Positions 12,258-25,758 of a stretch of DNA of 64,000 nt are shown here, in pieces. Location of the stretch: positions 12,710,001 to 12,774,000 of the forward strand of contig OX597838.1 in NCBI GenBank assembly GCA_951406725.2. Reading direction: 5' to 3'. This DNA comes from Octopus vulgaris. Lineage: Eukaryota. A program made the position numbers and the translations under genes. A model generated the notes under the pieces. The model saw nothing but the letters and a program-made list of their open reading frames with translations, did not search any database and had not been told where the DNA came from. Each line of letters begins with the position of its first letter. Within the stretch, counting starts at the first letter, position 1.

Positions 12258-12511
12258 TTATAAAGGATATAGCTCAGTATATAAGGATGTGTGTTTATAT
12301 GTATATCATATATATACACACGTGCGTCTATGTATGTGTATTTGTGAGTGCGTGTATGTATAAAGATTTGTGTGTGTATATATATATATATATATGTTTA
12401 TAAAGCATATACATCAGTATATAAGGATGTGTGTTATATATATATATATATCATATATACACACGTGTCTATATGTGTATTTGTGCGTGCATGTATGTAT
12501 AGTTAAAAATT

Positions 12512-12546
<35 letters not shown>

Positions 12547-12630
12547 GATATATATACCTCAGTATACAAGGATGTGTGTTATATGTATATCATATATATA
12601 TATATTTATATATATGCGCACGTGTATGAA
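11941..12630. repeat. Degenerate ~150-200-bp TA/TG-rich minisatellite, about 4 units
   Basis: acgtgtgtctatgtatgtgtatttgtgcgtgc...aaaggatatagctcagtatataaggatgtgt recurs near 11941, 12161, 12319 and 12462. Confidence 0.8.
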
Positions 12631-14318
12631 GATATGTCTTTGTGTAACGATGTGTGTGCGTTTGTATGCATATTTCTGTATATATAAACTGTTGCTGTGC
12701 TACTGTAATTACTGGTACCTCGGGCGCTGCTGCTGCTACTACACTGTAGCAACAAGAGTAACAGTGGTAGTAGTGGGTGGTAGCGACGACAGAATTTAGT
12801 ATCTCTACTAGTAGTAGTAGTAGTAGCAGCAGCAGCAGCAGTTACAAAGCTCGCTGTACAGGCTATGTATGTATGTATAGCGGAGAGAGTACCACCCCCT
12901 CCATCTTTCACAAAGAATGTGGCATAATTAGTATCTGTGTAGGTGAAGTTGAATTTTCTGGGTTTTTTTTTTTGTGTGTGTTCCCCCCCGCTTCTTTCTT
13001 TCTTCCTATCTGTCTATTTATCTATCTTTCTATCTATCTATCTATCCGTCGTTCATCGCCTCTACCCGTTCTTGTCTTTCATTTCTCACCGCCCAAGCGA
13101 GAGCTGCTCGCGTTACCCAGGCGCACAAACCGTTGCCTTCTTTTCAGTGGGACTTGGGGGACAGACACCAAACACACACACACACATATACATACACATA
13201 CTCACTCACACATACAGTCACTCGACATTTCTATCTCTGTCTTTCGTCTGACGTTGGTCACTGGTTTAAGTTGACCTGGCCTGGACTTGTTTCTTGGCTT
13301 GGTGTCGCTTTTACCACCAAGTCGCCCTTCCTCTCATCTTCTCACACACACACAAACACACACACGCCGCGGCCTAAACCTACCTACCTACCTACCTACC
13401 TACCTTACCTAGTCTTTGCCGCTGCCGCCCGCCCTCCCTCCTCTCTTCGCCCAAACTCTACCTTCCTCTAGTGGGAAAATTTTTACAGGTCTTCTTCTCT
13501 GGTTGTCCTTTTATTTGAGCGAACAAACAGAGAAGTCAAGTTGAGGTTTTTTTTTCCAGAGCGTTCTGATACAGGTTTGTGAAAAAAAATTATTACTATT
13601 CCTCTTTTTTTGTTTGTCACCATCTTTTTTTTCTCTCTCCTCCCCCCCTCCTTCCTTTTGATATTGTAGCAAACACAGCCGCATATACTAACACACACAC
13701 ACACACACACACATATACAAGTACTTAAAGTGCACGCGTACACACACACGCGCGCATACACATTTCTGTATGTATGTGTGTATGTGCGCCGTCGCTGCAC
13801 ACACACATACACACACACACACACTTCAATATTAAAACACGTACACCATTCCTTGACGTAAATACACACGCGCACACACATACACACACGCACACACACA
13901 TACACACACGCACACACACATACACACACACACACACACACACCACTCCCAATCCTATCATCATCAACTGTTGTTATCGGAGCCTCACCAGCTGTTCTAA
14001 TCATTCCTTGTTGACTTTCTGAAATTGCCATCTGGTCCTCCTGCTTTTCGAAGCCGTTGACACACACACACACGCATACACACACACACATATATATATA
14101 CACCCACTTCTTCTTCTGTGTGTGTGTGTGTATGTATGTCCTGTCCCTTTTGTAGGAAGGAATGTGTCTACCTCTTCGCGTTGTCACATTTTCTTATTTT
14201 TTCTTTTCTTTCTGATATCGATGTTTGAAATATATCTGGTCTAAATATTTTAATCCCACCCTCGCGAACTTCCATATCTTATTTAGCTGGAGACTACCAA
14301 CTTGAGTTTGACAAACAA

Positions 14319-14325
14319 ATGAAAG
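14319..14325 (+). CDS. Candidate start (ATG AAA G) in a first coding exon, phase-compatible with the 51135 exon
   Basis: caaATGAAAG|gtaatt; in-frame upstream TGA at 14226; splicing to 51135 gives M-K-D-V-N-K-K. Confidence 0.4.
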
Positions 14326-14789
14326 GTAATTTATTTGACTAACACATCTTTTGCTGCCGTTATTATTTTATTTTATTTCAACAACATATATATACGCGCA
14401 GTCAGACATTTCTTAAATACATACATGTACACACCACACACACACTTAAAACACGTTTCTAAACACTCCCACATACATTCTTAAACAGACATTTATACAT
14501 ACATACACACTTAAACATATTCACATGCATTCCTCGCATATATATATACATACATATATATATATCGGAGGCTGTCTTTCAAATATTGAGTTCTTTTTAC
14601 AGTGCGACTACTAAGGCTGAGGTTTCACTCTGTTAGCTACTCCGAGTTTTTGTTCTGTTCACATTGCTTATGCGACACCATAAATGAATTCGTTCTGTTC
14701 TCTTTGCCCATGATGGGCGGTACGCGCTCGCGTAATTATATACATGCATAGATACATATGCGCACATTCTAGTGTGTATGTGTGTGTAT

Positions 14790-14964
14790 ATATATATATA
14801 TATATACGCACAAGCATACATGAGCGTATGTATATATATATATATATACGCACAAGCATACATGAGCGTATGTATACATATATATATATATACACACACG
14901 CACAAGCATACATGAGCGTATGTATATATATATATATATATATACGCACAAGCATACATGAGCG

Positions 14965-14996
<32 letters not shown>

Positions 14997-15168
14997 CGCA
15001 CAAGCATACATGAGCGTATGTATACATATATATATATATATACATACACACGCACAAGCATACATGAGCGTATGTATATATATATATATACACACACGCA
15101 CAAGCATACATGAGCGTATGTATATATATATATATATACACACGCACAAGCATACATGAGCGTATGTG

Positions 15169-15200
<32 letters not shown>

Positions 15201-15320
15201 CACAAGCATACATGAGCGTATATGTATATATATATATACACACACGCACAAGCATACATGAGCGTATATGTATATATATATATATATACACGCGCACAAG
15301 CATACATGAGCGTATGTATA
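14790..15320. repeat. Minisatellite of 11 invariant 22-bp cores separated by variable (TA)n(CA)n
   Basis: Core cgcacaagcatacatgagcgta counted 11 times. Confidence 0.93.
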
Positions 15321-15639
15321 TTTTTTAGTGGCGTTATTCAATGTCGTCTTTATTTTATATATGCCAACACACGAAACTCTTGGGCCTTGAGTCACTCTGT
15401 TGTGCTAAATACTAATAAAAGTGTGTGTGTGTGTGTGTAAATGTATATACGCACAAATATATGTCTATTGAGATCTCCTGATCCTTGCTTTTTTTTCTAC
15501 GTATCCTCCTTGTTACGAGAGGAGTTTTTGCTTTCGCTGAGCAATATCGTTTTCTGTGTGTGGAAATAAATATCACGAATCAGTTGTCTATCGCCACAAC
15601 CTAATATGATACTGTCACATATACACACTCTGTGTGTGC

Positions 15640-15672
<33 letters not shown>

Positions 15673-15911
15673 GATATAGAGAGAGAGAGAGAGAGCGATA
15701 GTGTGTGTGTGTGAGATGTGTGCCACCCGCATTTATAGACGTATGTACTCGTACGGGTATATGTATGTACATATATATACGAACCGCTCTAACACATGTA
15801 TGCATACGGATGTATATATACACACATCCATGACTAACGGGAAGTAGAAACTAAAAAGTAGTGACGAGGTAAAAGCTCCGGCTTCAATTAAACAAGATCT
15901 GCTATATATAC

Positions 15912-15949
<38 letters not shown>

Positions 15950-16899
15950 TTATATATAGTACTTCTGCATTTATACTCGTACACACACGCACATGGTCAT
16001 ATATAGAGTACTTTTTCTTCTACGTTTATACTCATACGCACACACATGGGTTTTTTTAATATATATATATATATACACACATTCACATCTACCAACCATA
16101 TTTGTGACATACTGGGGTGGATAGACTTACAGCCATATATTATCTATTTTCATTGACATGTTAAACTATTATACTATGGTGATAGTGTGTAGTATATATA
16201 TATACTACACGCTATGTATGTATGTATGTATATAGCGTGTGTAATACTTTTTACCTGGTTGTCTTGAAATTACAAGTAATTTACTAGCTCTGTTCAGTGT
16301 GACTATAAACTCCTCCTCCTCACCAGTAAAAAAGTAGTCATTATTATAATTTAGTATGGGGTGGTGGATAACAGAAAGGTGGAGCGACGGGTTGAATAGC
16401 TTGGCCGTTTCAATTACGCCCCCTTTGTGCTCCGAGTTCAAATCCTGTCGGGAGTTTGCACTTTGCTTTTCTTTTTTTTTTATTGTTATTATTATTATTA
16501 TTTTTTGGCCTCCATTTTTGTTTTCGAAGTCGCTTAAACAAGGTACCGATTGCCGTTTAGCTTCTTCAATCCCCACCTTGACTGAGCAGCCCAAATAATA
16601 AGGATGTTGAAGAGAAGAGATTACTATTTTTTATTTTTCTTTCACGAGTCGCGTGTCTCTTCCCCCATCTCCCCAGTTTAAAGGTGATTTAGCTATTTCT
16701 AGGAGGTCAAGCGACTGCATAAAACAAAAGCTCCTTGTTGGTTTGTTCAATAAAATACTGAGGTAGATTAAATCCCTACATCTTCACACAAGCATTAAGA
16801 ACGTTGGTCTTGTGCCTGCGTTTTTAATTATCATAATTTTTAGATCTTACATAGGCACCAGGCCTCGATTTTAAGAGGATAACAAAGAAAGGGCAACTG

Positions 16900-17160
16900 A
16901 TTAAATCATTCTTAGCCATTTTTTTTACTTATGAACCCCCCTTGATTCCTCTTTTACCCAGGTGGGCTCTCACAGCCATCGTTGTTTTTAAAAAATTCTA
17001 TTATATTTTTATACTTAGCTGTTAGGAATTGCATAAAATATTAAAATATTTTGTGTATTGTAGAAGTATAAATAATTTATTGCTCATAAATTTGAACAAA
17101 AAAGATCTTATCTGAACCCACCAAGGGGTCATGTGAACCCAGGTTTAGGACTCACTGATC
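16900..17160. mobile_element. Degenerate hAT-like MITE
   Basis: gaaccccc...aggggtcatgtgaacccaggtttaggactcactg end resembles hAT-Charlie non-autonomous elements; left TIR is eroded. Confidence 0.35.
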
Positions 17161-17870
17161 TAAACGATGAACATAACGCATTTTTAGAGGAGTGGAGAGG
17201 GGTAGTTGAAGACTGACACCAGTTCGTAACTGGTACTTGGGAGAACAAAGGGTGAAGTTCATCTTGGTAGGGTTCAAAACCAGAACTTAGGACGAAACTA
17301 TTGAATTCTCAGCCAGTTTCATTGATCAAACAAACCGATGAATAAAGGCCATTTGCCCTTTCTTGTAAGCAGGAAACTCGAAGTCACATTAACTGAGATT
17401 TGGTTACTATTTCTAGCATGTCCAGCGACCACATACAAGCACTCTCGTCAGTTCACCCTCTTATAATTTGGGTGAGCCAGTGAAGGAGTTTAAGCATGGT
17501 CGGTTGAACTGCTAGAAATAGCAGCTATATTTCGTTAATGTGGTCTTGTAATTCTTGCTTATAGAAAAAGACAGGATGGTTGTGATTAGGTCTTTGATAT
17601 ATGCTTGTTCAAAACTGACCTGGGTTTAAACAGCAACAAGAGTTATAGGAGTAATACATGCAGCTGTTGTCTCTTGGTATTTTGTCTGCGGTTTATGTAC
17701 CTAGAATATTCTTGTATATTGTTCGTATTATAAATCATTATTGCAAAGAAAGATTGTTCTTGAAGTGGCAGTCATTACAAGATCGGTGAGGGGTGTCTCT
17801 ACAGTATTTTATTTCAAATCCTGCTGCAGTCAATCTTACTATTCATCCCTCTGGGGTTTTCAATATAATT

Positions 17871-18150
17871 ATCATCATCGTTTAACGTCCGCTTTCCATG
17901 CTAGCATGGGTTGGACGATTTTGACTGAGGGCTGGCGAACCAGATGGCTGCACCAGGCTCCAATCTTGATCTGGCAGAGTTTCTACAGCTGGATGCCCTT
18001 CCTAACGCCAACCACTCTGAGAGTGTAGTGGGTGCTTTTTACAGGCCACTGGCACGGGGGGGCCAGTCAGGCAGTACTGGCAACGACCTCGCTCGAATCT
18101 TTTTACACATGCCACCAGCACAGGTGCCAGTAAGGCGACGTTGGTAACGA
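17871..18150 (-). mobile_element. Family C copy
   Basis: catcatcgtttaacgtccgctttccatgctagc...ggatgcccttcctaacgccaacc. Confidence 0.85.
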
Positions 18151-20778
18151 TAATATTGGTCAAATACTCAGGTTGGTTTAATTAATTAACCCTTTCTCTC
18201 AAACTTCTGGCTTTGTTTCTGTCATCGCCATCAACCTTGAATGTTTTCTAAGCTGGCATGGGTTGGACAGCTTGACAGGAACTGGTAAAGCCAGGGCCTG
18301 CATCGGGTTCCATAGTCTATTTGGCTTGGCTTCTGTGGCTGGATACCCTTCCTGGTGTCAACCACTTTACAGTGTGTGCTTCTTACATGATACCAGCACC
18401 CACATCAATGCTTTGGTCTATCTTTAGAATGATGTTGCAGAGAAGACATGAGGCAAGATCTGGCTGATTCGTATACAAAACAGAATATTTGGTCTGGTTA
18501 TGGCTAATGGGCTAGTTTCTAGTTTTACTTTACATCACTATTTTTACAGTCAAATAGTGGGGCTGTTAACTCTGTGTTAAGGCCTGTATGCTTTTGTAAG
18601 AAAATATTACTGGCTTCAAATATTGTTGGGGTTAACTGTACCATTTGTCTTCTTGTGATTGACAAAATACATACTGGGTCTAATGTTTCTCACTCCCAAA
18701 TGTGTGATGTGTGCTAATGTCCAAGACCATACAGAACAACGAAACCTTTCTTCATGCAAACTTAACTTTTTACTTGTTTCATTCATTGGATTGTGGCCAT
18801 ACTAGAGCACTGCTTCGAAGGGTTTAGTCTGACAGATCAACCTCAGTGCTTGTTTTTTTAAAGCCTCGTACTTTGTGTCTTGGTGCGCAACACTCATGTG
18901 GATGTAACCAAACCAACACCACTTGTCAAGTGGGTGAGGGATACACACATGCATAAGTGTGCATGTATATATACACACACACACAATGGGCTTCTCTCAG
19001 TTTCCATCTACAAAATGCACTCACAAAGCTTTGGTTGACCTGGGGCTAGATTGGAAGACACTTGACCAAGGTACCACACAGTGGTACTGGACCTGGAATC
19101 CTGTTTGGGAAGCAAGCTTGGTACCGTACAATCATGTGAAACAACTGCTGTGTGTAGGATTGATTTAGCTATCAATCAAGCCCATCTTGAGAATTGCTAC
19201 AACTTTTGTCCTGGGAGGACTGGCAATTTTCTTCTGCTGAGTATAAGAGTGGGCATTTTGTTTTTCTTTTTTGATATGTTCATCTTTGGTCAGGTCCTTG
19301 TCAACTTCCAAGTTCCATTTGGCAAGACAGGGGTGTGGAGGGAGGGGAATTTCTTCAAAAGGTGAAAGAGCATAGTTAGAAGGCACTTGCTCTTGGCAGG
19401 CAGAGGAATCCTGGATCTGTGCGACTCCTTGGTTGACCCTAGGTAACTCTTTCCCATGTTGAGATTTCTCATTTGATACTTTTATAGTTTGGGCTTTCCT
19501 TACCTATTTTCTTACGAGAATCTCTCAAACATAGACTAAAATGTTTTGTAACATTTTACTGCTTTTTATATTCTGAGTTCCAATTCTGCCACGGTCATTG
19601 TTTCTCTCAGAAGTGGATGAATCTAAGTACCAGTCATGTACTGAGGTTGATGTGAATGACCAAGCTCTGGCCTTTGTGCCTATGCTGGAAACAGTACTAA
19701 TTAATTGGATGGTAGATTGACAGAATCGTTAATCTTGCAGTATTTCTTCCTGTTTATATTTTTGAGTTCAAATTTTGCCCAGGTCAACTCTGCTTTCCAT
19801 TTTTCCAATTCATTCTCATCAACTTTTTCTCGCCCCTCAAATATCTATCTGTCCCTGTGTTCATGTTAGAAACTTAATAATAGGTAGAAGGGCAGAACTG
19901 TTATGATGTTGGTCAAAAAAAAAATTTAAACAAAAAACACCATTGGGTATTTGTTCCAACTCTTTATGTTCCAGGTTCTAATCCTGCAAAGGTCAACTTT
20001 GATAGAGAGGTGGTGAAGCAGCTGAAAGAATGCTTTATGGCATGTAATTCTCCCCACCCACCTCCATCCAACCCATGCCCTTTTGTTCCTTAAAGGATCC
20101 CATAGAAGGATCAACAATCAAATGTTGAAGGTTGATCTGCTCAGCCATTCAAATGTGACCTTGGGTCACACTAAAAGAAATCATTCTTACTTGTATTTCT
20201 GTCTCTCTCTCTCTCTCTCTCTCTCCTCCTCTTCTCTTCCCCCCTCTATCCTTTTCCTTTCTCCCCATCCCCCTTCTTTCTCACTCTTTCCCTTCCTCCT
20301 TTTCCTAAACACCTTTCCCTTTTCCTCCTCAACCCTTCTCCCATTGGAATCACTATTCAAAATCTCTTTATTTAGTCACTGCACTGTTAGTTGTCGGACC
20401 CTTCCCACCTACTTAGCACATCATCATCATCACCATCATCATCATTACAGCCACTGCTACTTTGGTTCATTCCAAACTGTTTCATTTATCCTGGACCTCC
20501 AAGCAGTGTTATTATGCCTCTGACATTTAAGGGTCTGTGTCCTGTTTACACTAATTTAAGGCAGTGACATACATGTATGCAAGTATGTTATTGCTTCATG
20601 CCTACTTTCCATGCTGACATGGGCTTGGATGGGTCAACCTAGTTCAAGTCAATTTTTATTTAGTTAACTGCAATATATCTGTTGTATTATAATGTGTGAC
20701 ATAGAGGTTATATGTTGTATTTTATGTATGTGATATGTAGTATATACATTGATGTGATATATAAAAATATCAAATGCT

Positions 20779-21172
20779 ACAGGTGTAGCTGTGTGGTAAG
20801 TAGCTTGCTTCCTAACCACATTATTCCAGGTTCAGACGCACTGCATGGCACCTTGGATTAGTGTCTTCTACTGTAGCCTCATGCCAACCAAAGCCTTATG
20901 AGTGGATTTCGTAGACGGAAACTGAAAGAAATCCATTGTGTGTGTGTGTGTGTGTATTTGAGAGTCTGTATTTGCGCCGCCCCTGCCCTCCCACAATCGC
21001 TTGACAAACCAATGTTGGTGTGTTTATGTCCCCATAACTGTTCGACAAAAGAAACCAACAGAATAAGTACTAGGCTTACAAAGAATGTCCTGAGGTCGAT
21101 TTCTTTGATTAAAACCCTTCAACGCGGTACTCCAGCATGACCACCATCAAATGTCTGAGACAAGTAAAAGAA
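20779..21172 (+). mobile_element. Older SINE family A copy
   Basis: Diverged match to family A. Confidence 0.8.
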
Positions 21173-21196
21173 TCTATGTATACATTATCTAAATGA

Positions 21197-21244
<48 letters not shown>

Positions 21245-21294
21245 ATACTTTATTTAAATATGATGTGTATATGGTTTGAAGGGTTATTTATTAC

Positions 21295-22695
21295 TTGCTC
21301 GGGATTAAAATGGCATAGTTTGTATATAATATATTACAGTTATGTTGAAACAGGTGATTTGGGAAAGTGCAGCATTGACAACAAAGCATTTGTGGAGTAA
21401 ATGAGGGGCTAATTTGACTAAGCAACATGTTATGCATCCGTTTGGAGTATTTCAGGCCCTAACCTGTGGGAGTTATGTGATTTTTGAATGCACCGAGAAG
21501 CTGTTAGTGGATATACTCTCTTTTGCAGCAGTCAGCGCTGTGTCTAACACGACCCATCATCTGAAATATTGACACCTCATTCGGGTTTGTCGTCCTACAT
21601 TACTCGTAAAGTAAATTTGGAGGAACTGTGGTTGTTCATTTGTGGGTAACAGGGAAACAATGAGGTGATAGACTTACCCTTGAACTTTGACATCGTCGTA
21701 AATTCATGTTTATCTATCTTCTTAGATGCACCAAACGATGTCATTTGCAGAGTTGTATTGTCTGATATTGTTAAAAAAATCCTTTGACTGGATGGAAATG
21801 CCTTCTAGAAGATCCATAAGAGGTTGACAAAGAGCTGGTAGTGCTGGCAATGTTACCTGACCACCAGTGCAACACATACCATTTGTTTCATTTGAAAATT
21901 TTAAGGCTCTACAGAAAAGACAATTTGTGTTTAGTACACCAATTTGGACAGTTATTATTTTTATAAGAATGGGATGGATCATATCTGAAAACAGCTTTAG
22001 GAGTTGTGAAGAACGAATTTGTACATAGTCTGTTTCTGATTGGACCTCTGTCTAATCATTAAAACATTAATCCAGCATTAAGTGCTGCAATATGCATTTG
22101 CTGATGTTGAGAAAATCTCGTCTAGCTTCTCTCAGCAGATTCTTGCCTTCAGCTTTCTACAATCCTCCTTGCTCTATACTTGCTTCTTTGGTGGAATATT
22201 TTTCCCAATATTGTAAACAAAAAATAATGAACATAGAAAGAAATTATACATTAATCCTTATTTTTGCAGGCATTTTTATCCGTAAAAATTTCATTTGAAG
22301 AGAGCAGAAATTGAAAGAAGAGACGGCGAAAAGAACAGAAAGTGAAAGATGAAATGGATGTGTGTATGATGTATATGAATGTATATGAAATGGCTGCAGT
22401 GTGTGCGCCTACATGCGTGCTTGCACATGTGTATGTGAGAGAGAAAGAGGGTGAGAGATAGTGAGTGAAGGTGTGTCATGATGACTGACATCTTTTAAGG
22501 TACACACATGTAGAAAATGTGATGTCATCATATAAAATTTTTACAATAGTTGATCTATGGAAAAGATTGTTTAATTTTTGAAATGCAAATATGTGAATGG
22601 AAATTAGCCATTCAACTACACTCTTCAACTGAAAGGAATGAGGGGGGAAAATGGAGAGAAAAAATACAGTGTAGAGTTCAGCAGTCCAATATAGA
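21295..22695 (-). mobile_element. Internally deleted Helitron with decayed RepHel N-terminal coding remnant
   Basis: Minus translation VQIG..NCLFCRALKFSNETNGMCCTGGQVTLP...SKDFFNNIRQYNSA/MTSFGA/KVQG*VYHLI.SLLP...QFLQIYF (~21990-21600) is the Helitron N-terminal signature; 5' A|TC at 22695; 21295-21320 matches the Helitron 3' subterminus at 59444-59470. Confidence 0.85.
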
Positions 22696-22718
22696 TATTA
22701 TTATTATTACCATCATTA

Positions 22719-22842
22719 TTTAAAACAGTTTGATCTGGTCCCATGCAACAAAGTTTTGTAGGCATCTTACAGAAACCTGGCTTGTTGGGGGTCAGCTAGG
22801 TTTCTGTAAGATTGCATGGGGCCCAAATCAAACTCTTTTAAA
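22719..22842. repeat. ~50-bp-arm imperfect palindrome
   Basis: tttaaaacagtttgat...atcttacagaaacctggct pairs with agctaggtttctgtaagattgcatggggcccaaatcaaactcttttaaa; left arm carries an extra segment. Confidence 0.85.
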
Positions 22843-23639
22843 CATGTAACTCCCACTAAATGTGTTGAATGTCTCTTTCTTTCATTGGTCCACACATCTT
22901 TGTGTGTGTATATATACATATGCCTATGTATATAAGTGCAGACGTGGCCGTGTGATTAAGCTTGCTTCCTAACCGTGTTGCCATGAGTTCATTCCACTGT
23001 ATGGTGACTTGGGCACAATCATGTGTTGATTGTAAACAAGCTTCATCGTCATACAAGAGGTGTTGTTAATTTCCGGTCTTCCACAAACATCATGTCTGGG
23101 CCATGCTCTGAAACAGGTTAGGGGTTGGCAACACAACAGACATCCAAATACCTCAACAAATTCCATCTAACCCATGCAAGCATAAAAAAGAAGACATTTG
23201 CCCAAGGCGGTTTGTAGCAAAAGTGAACCCCAAACCAAATATTTGGGAAACAAACTTTTCAATCACACAACCATACACCTCTCTGTGATAGCACAGGCCT
23301 GGTTGTGTGGACTTGGAATTCACTTTGTAACCATGTGGTTTTGTGTTCAATCTCACTTTTTAAGGAAATGTTTTTATCTATGACCTTTAACTAATTAATT
23401 TCTTGTGAGTGGATCAGACTTCTGTGCAGATAGGAACTACATGGAAGCCTCTCATCTGTCTGTATGCGACTGTTTGAATATAATTATTATGTATGGCCAT
23501 TGCTAATGTCATGTGGATGGCACTTGTGAAATTGTAATCGTGGCCCTTTCCAGTAGTGTGATCTTTGAATGTCGGGCCTCACAGACCTTTTACAATGTGC
23601 TGTGCTTGAAAAGACTCAAGTGAAATCGTAGTTGTGGCT

Positions 23640-23843
23640 GTTGCCAGTGGCATGTAAATGGCACATGTGCCAGTGGCATGTAAAAAGCACCCATTACACT
23701 CTGAGTGGTTGGTGTTAGGAAGGGCATCCAGCCGTAGAAACACTGCCAGATCAGACTGGAACCTGGTGCAACCCTCTGGTTTATCAGTTCCAGTCAAACT
23801 GTCTAACCCATGCCAGCATGGAAAGTGGACGTTAGATGAATGA
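23640..23843 (+). mobile_element. Older family C copy
   Basis: gtggttggtgttaggaagggcatccagccgtagaaa...catggaaagtggacgttagatg. Confidence 0.8.
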
Positions 23844-24111
23844 TAAATTATATATACATTGCACCTGTATATTATAGGGGCTGTGTTATAAGAAGTTTGC
23901 TTCCTAACTACATGGTTCTGGGTTCAGTCCCACTGCATGGCACCCTAGTAGCCTTGGGCAAACTAAAACTCTGATTGGATTTGGTAGGCAGAAACCAAAA
24001 GAAGCCTGCTGTGTGTGTGTCTGTCTGTCTGTCCATCCCACACACCATGCACTGCTCAGTCTAAAAATCAATCCTATGACCTAATAATCATATATATAAA
24101 TATATATATAT

Positions 24112-24362
24112 ACCAGAGTAAACACATAAATGTGAAACAAGGTGGAAAAAAGAGTACTCAATTACCAGGGGTAGAGTAATATGCTTTATTTAAAAGCAGC
24201 AGAAATTCAACAAAACCTGTTACTCGGAGTTTCATGTTCCTGTTCGTCGGACAATTTTTCTTAAAAAAATTTTTTTTTTTAAACAAAAACTGTCCGAACG
24301 GGAATGTGAAACTCAGAGTAACAGGTTTTGTTGAATTTCTGCTGCTTTTAAATAAAGTATAT
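24112..24362. mobile_element. Penelope-like inverted pseudo-LTR remnant with a hammerhead-like motif on each arm
   Basis: ~80-bp inverted arms (24179-24259, 24285-24362). Each reads stem I-CCGA(CGA)-stem II-GAAA-CTCnGAG-TA-stem I, then AATAAA. Flanked by (TA)n; homolog at 61540-61770. Confidence 0.65.
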
Positions 24363-25003
24363 ATATATATAAATATATATATCACATAAAAAGCTCCCAG
24401 TACACATTGTAGGACAGGAAAAACAGCCAGCTGTAGAAACTGTGTCAAAGCAGACAGAGCTTGGCACAGTCCCCTGGCTTGCCAGTTCCTGTGAAACCAT
24501 CCATTCCATGCCAGCATGGATGGTGGGCATTAAATGATGGTTATAAGTGTGTGTGTGTGTGTGTGTGCATGTATGTAATTATCATTTAACATCCACTTTT
24601 CCATTATTTTTGGATGGAAATTGGTTGAGATACGTTTTTCTACTTCTGGATGTTCCTATAATAATAATGTAAAGCTTGCTGCATACGTATTTTGAAAAAC
24701 CTTGTATCCACTTATCTGTTCTTCCAGTACATGAAACTAATGGTGACCGGCTTGCAGTTGATGTTCCTTACTAGTGTAACTGTCTCCTCACTTAGTTCAC
24801 ACTCTTCAGCTCCGTTCACTCTTCTTTTTTTTTTTTTTTTTGTTTACATCTCTCCCTCTCTCTCTACCACTATGCTTGTCTCACTTTTTCTTACTCTCTA
24901 TCTCTTCATGTTTCTTTCTGCTACCCTCCACATCTCTCTCTCTCTCTCCAGGCCTTCGTCTCTTTGTTTTCATATCTCCTCTTTCTCTTTCCTCCCTACT
25001 TCC

Positions 25004-25039
<36 letters not shown>

Positions 25040-25758
25040 CCTTTCACATTTTTCTCTGTGCTGTTCACCCCCCTCTCATTTTGTACATGTCCTTATACTC
25101 CTCCCACTCTCATCCACTAGTTGTCTGACTGGCTGTGCTTGTGTGTGTGTGTGTGTGTGTATGTATTTCTACTGTCAGGTAAAATGTGACATGCCATTGT
25201 TACTGAGAAAATATACAGCTGTTGTCTGTGTGTGTGTGTGTGTGCGTGTGTGCGTGTATGTATGTTAAATTACAAACAAGGACTTTGAGGCTTTCCAAAA
25301 AAAAATTCTGTAATTAAGCTGATTATATAAAACGAGTTAGACTACATAATATAATAGACAGTATATTTAGCAGCACACCTACACATGCATTTAACAAACA
25401 GTCACACACACAGAATTATAATGACTAAAACTGAACTCTATTATATCAAGTAATTTATATTGTGTATTGCACTGGCAGAACCATTAGAGTGTCTGGAGAA
25501 AATACGTTGGACTTTATGTCCAGAGTTCAAATTGTGTCGTCATCTTGTACGTTTTGCTTTGTAGAGCTGGTGATATAAAAAAAATAGCAGTTTGGGTATT
25601 GCGATCAGTGTAATCACTAATTCCTTTGTCCCAAGAATCTGGCTTTTTGCCTGTTGAGAAACTGGTGCCGGTAGAGTGTTCTTGTGAGCTGGCATTCTGA
25701 GGAGTTAGGACGGGGCAAAATGGGTTTTGTGCCAGTTCTTGTAGAGAAGATGGCCCCA

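Larger units (their letters stand above)
10400..14330. promoter_or_regulatory. CpG-retaining region, probable (possibly bidirectional) promoter and 5' exons
   Basis: Visibly more CG dinucleotides in unique sequence than elsewhere; plus-strand donor at 14326 and minus-strand donor at 10479. Confidence 0.4.

Noticed and set aside
14790-15320. CRISPR-like repeat-spacer array
   Set aside because: Spacers are microsatellites rather than unique sequences, no cas genes are present, and the context is eukaryotic.
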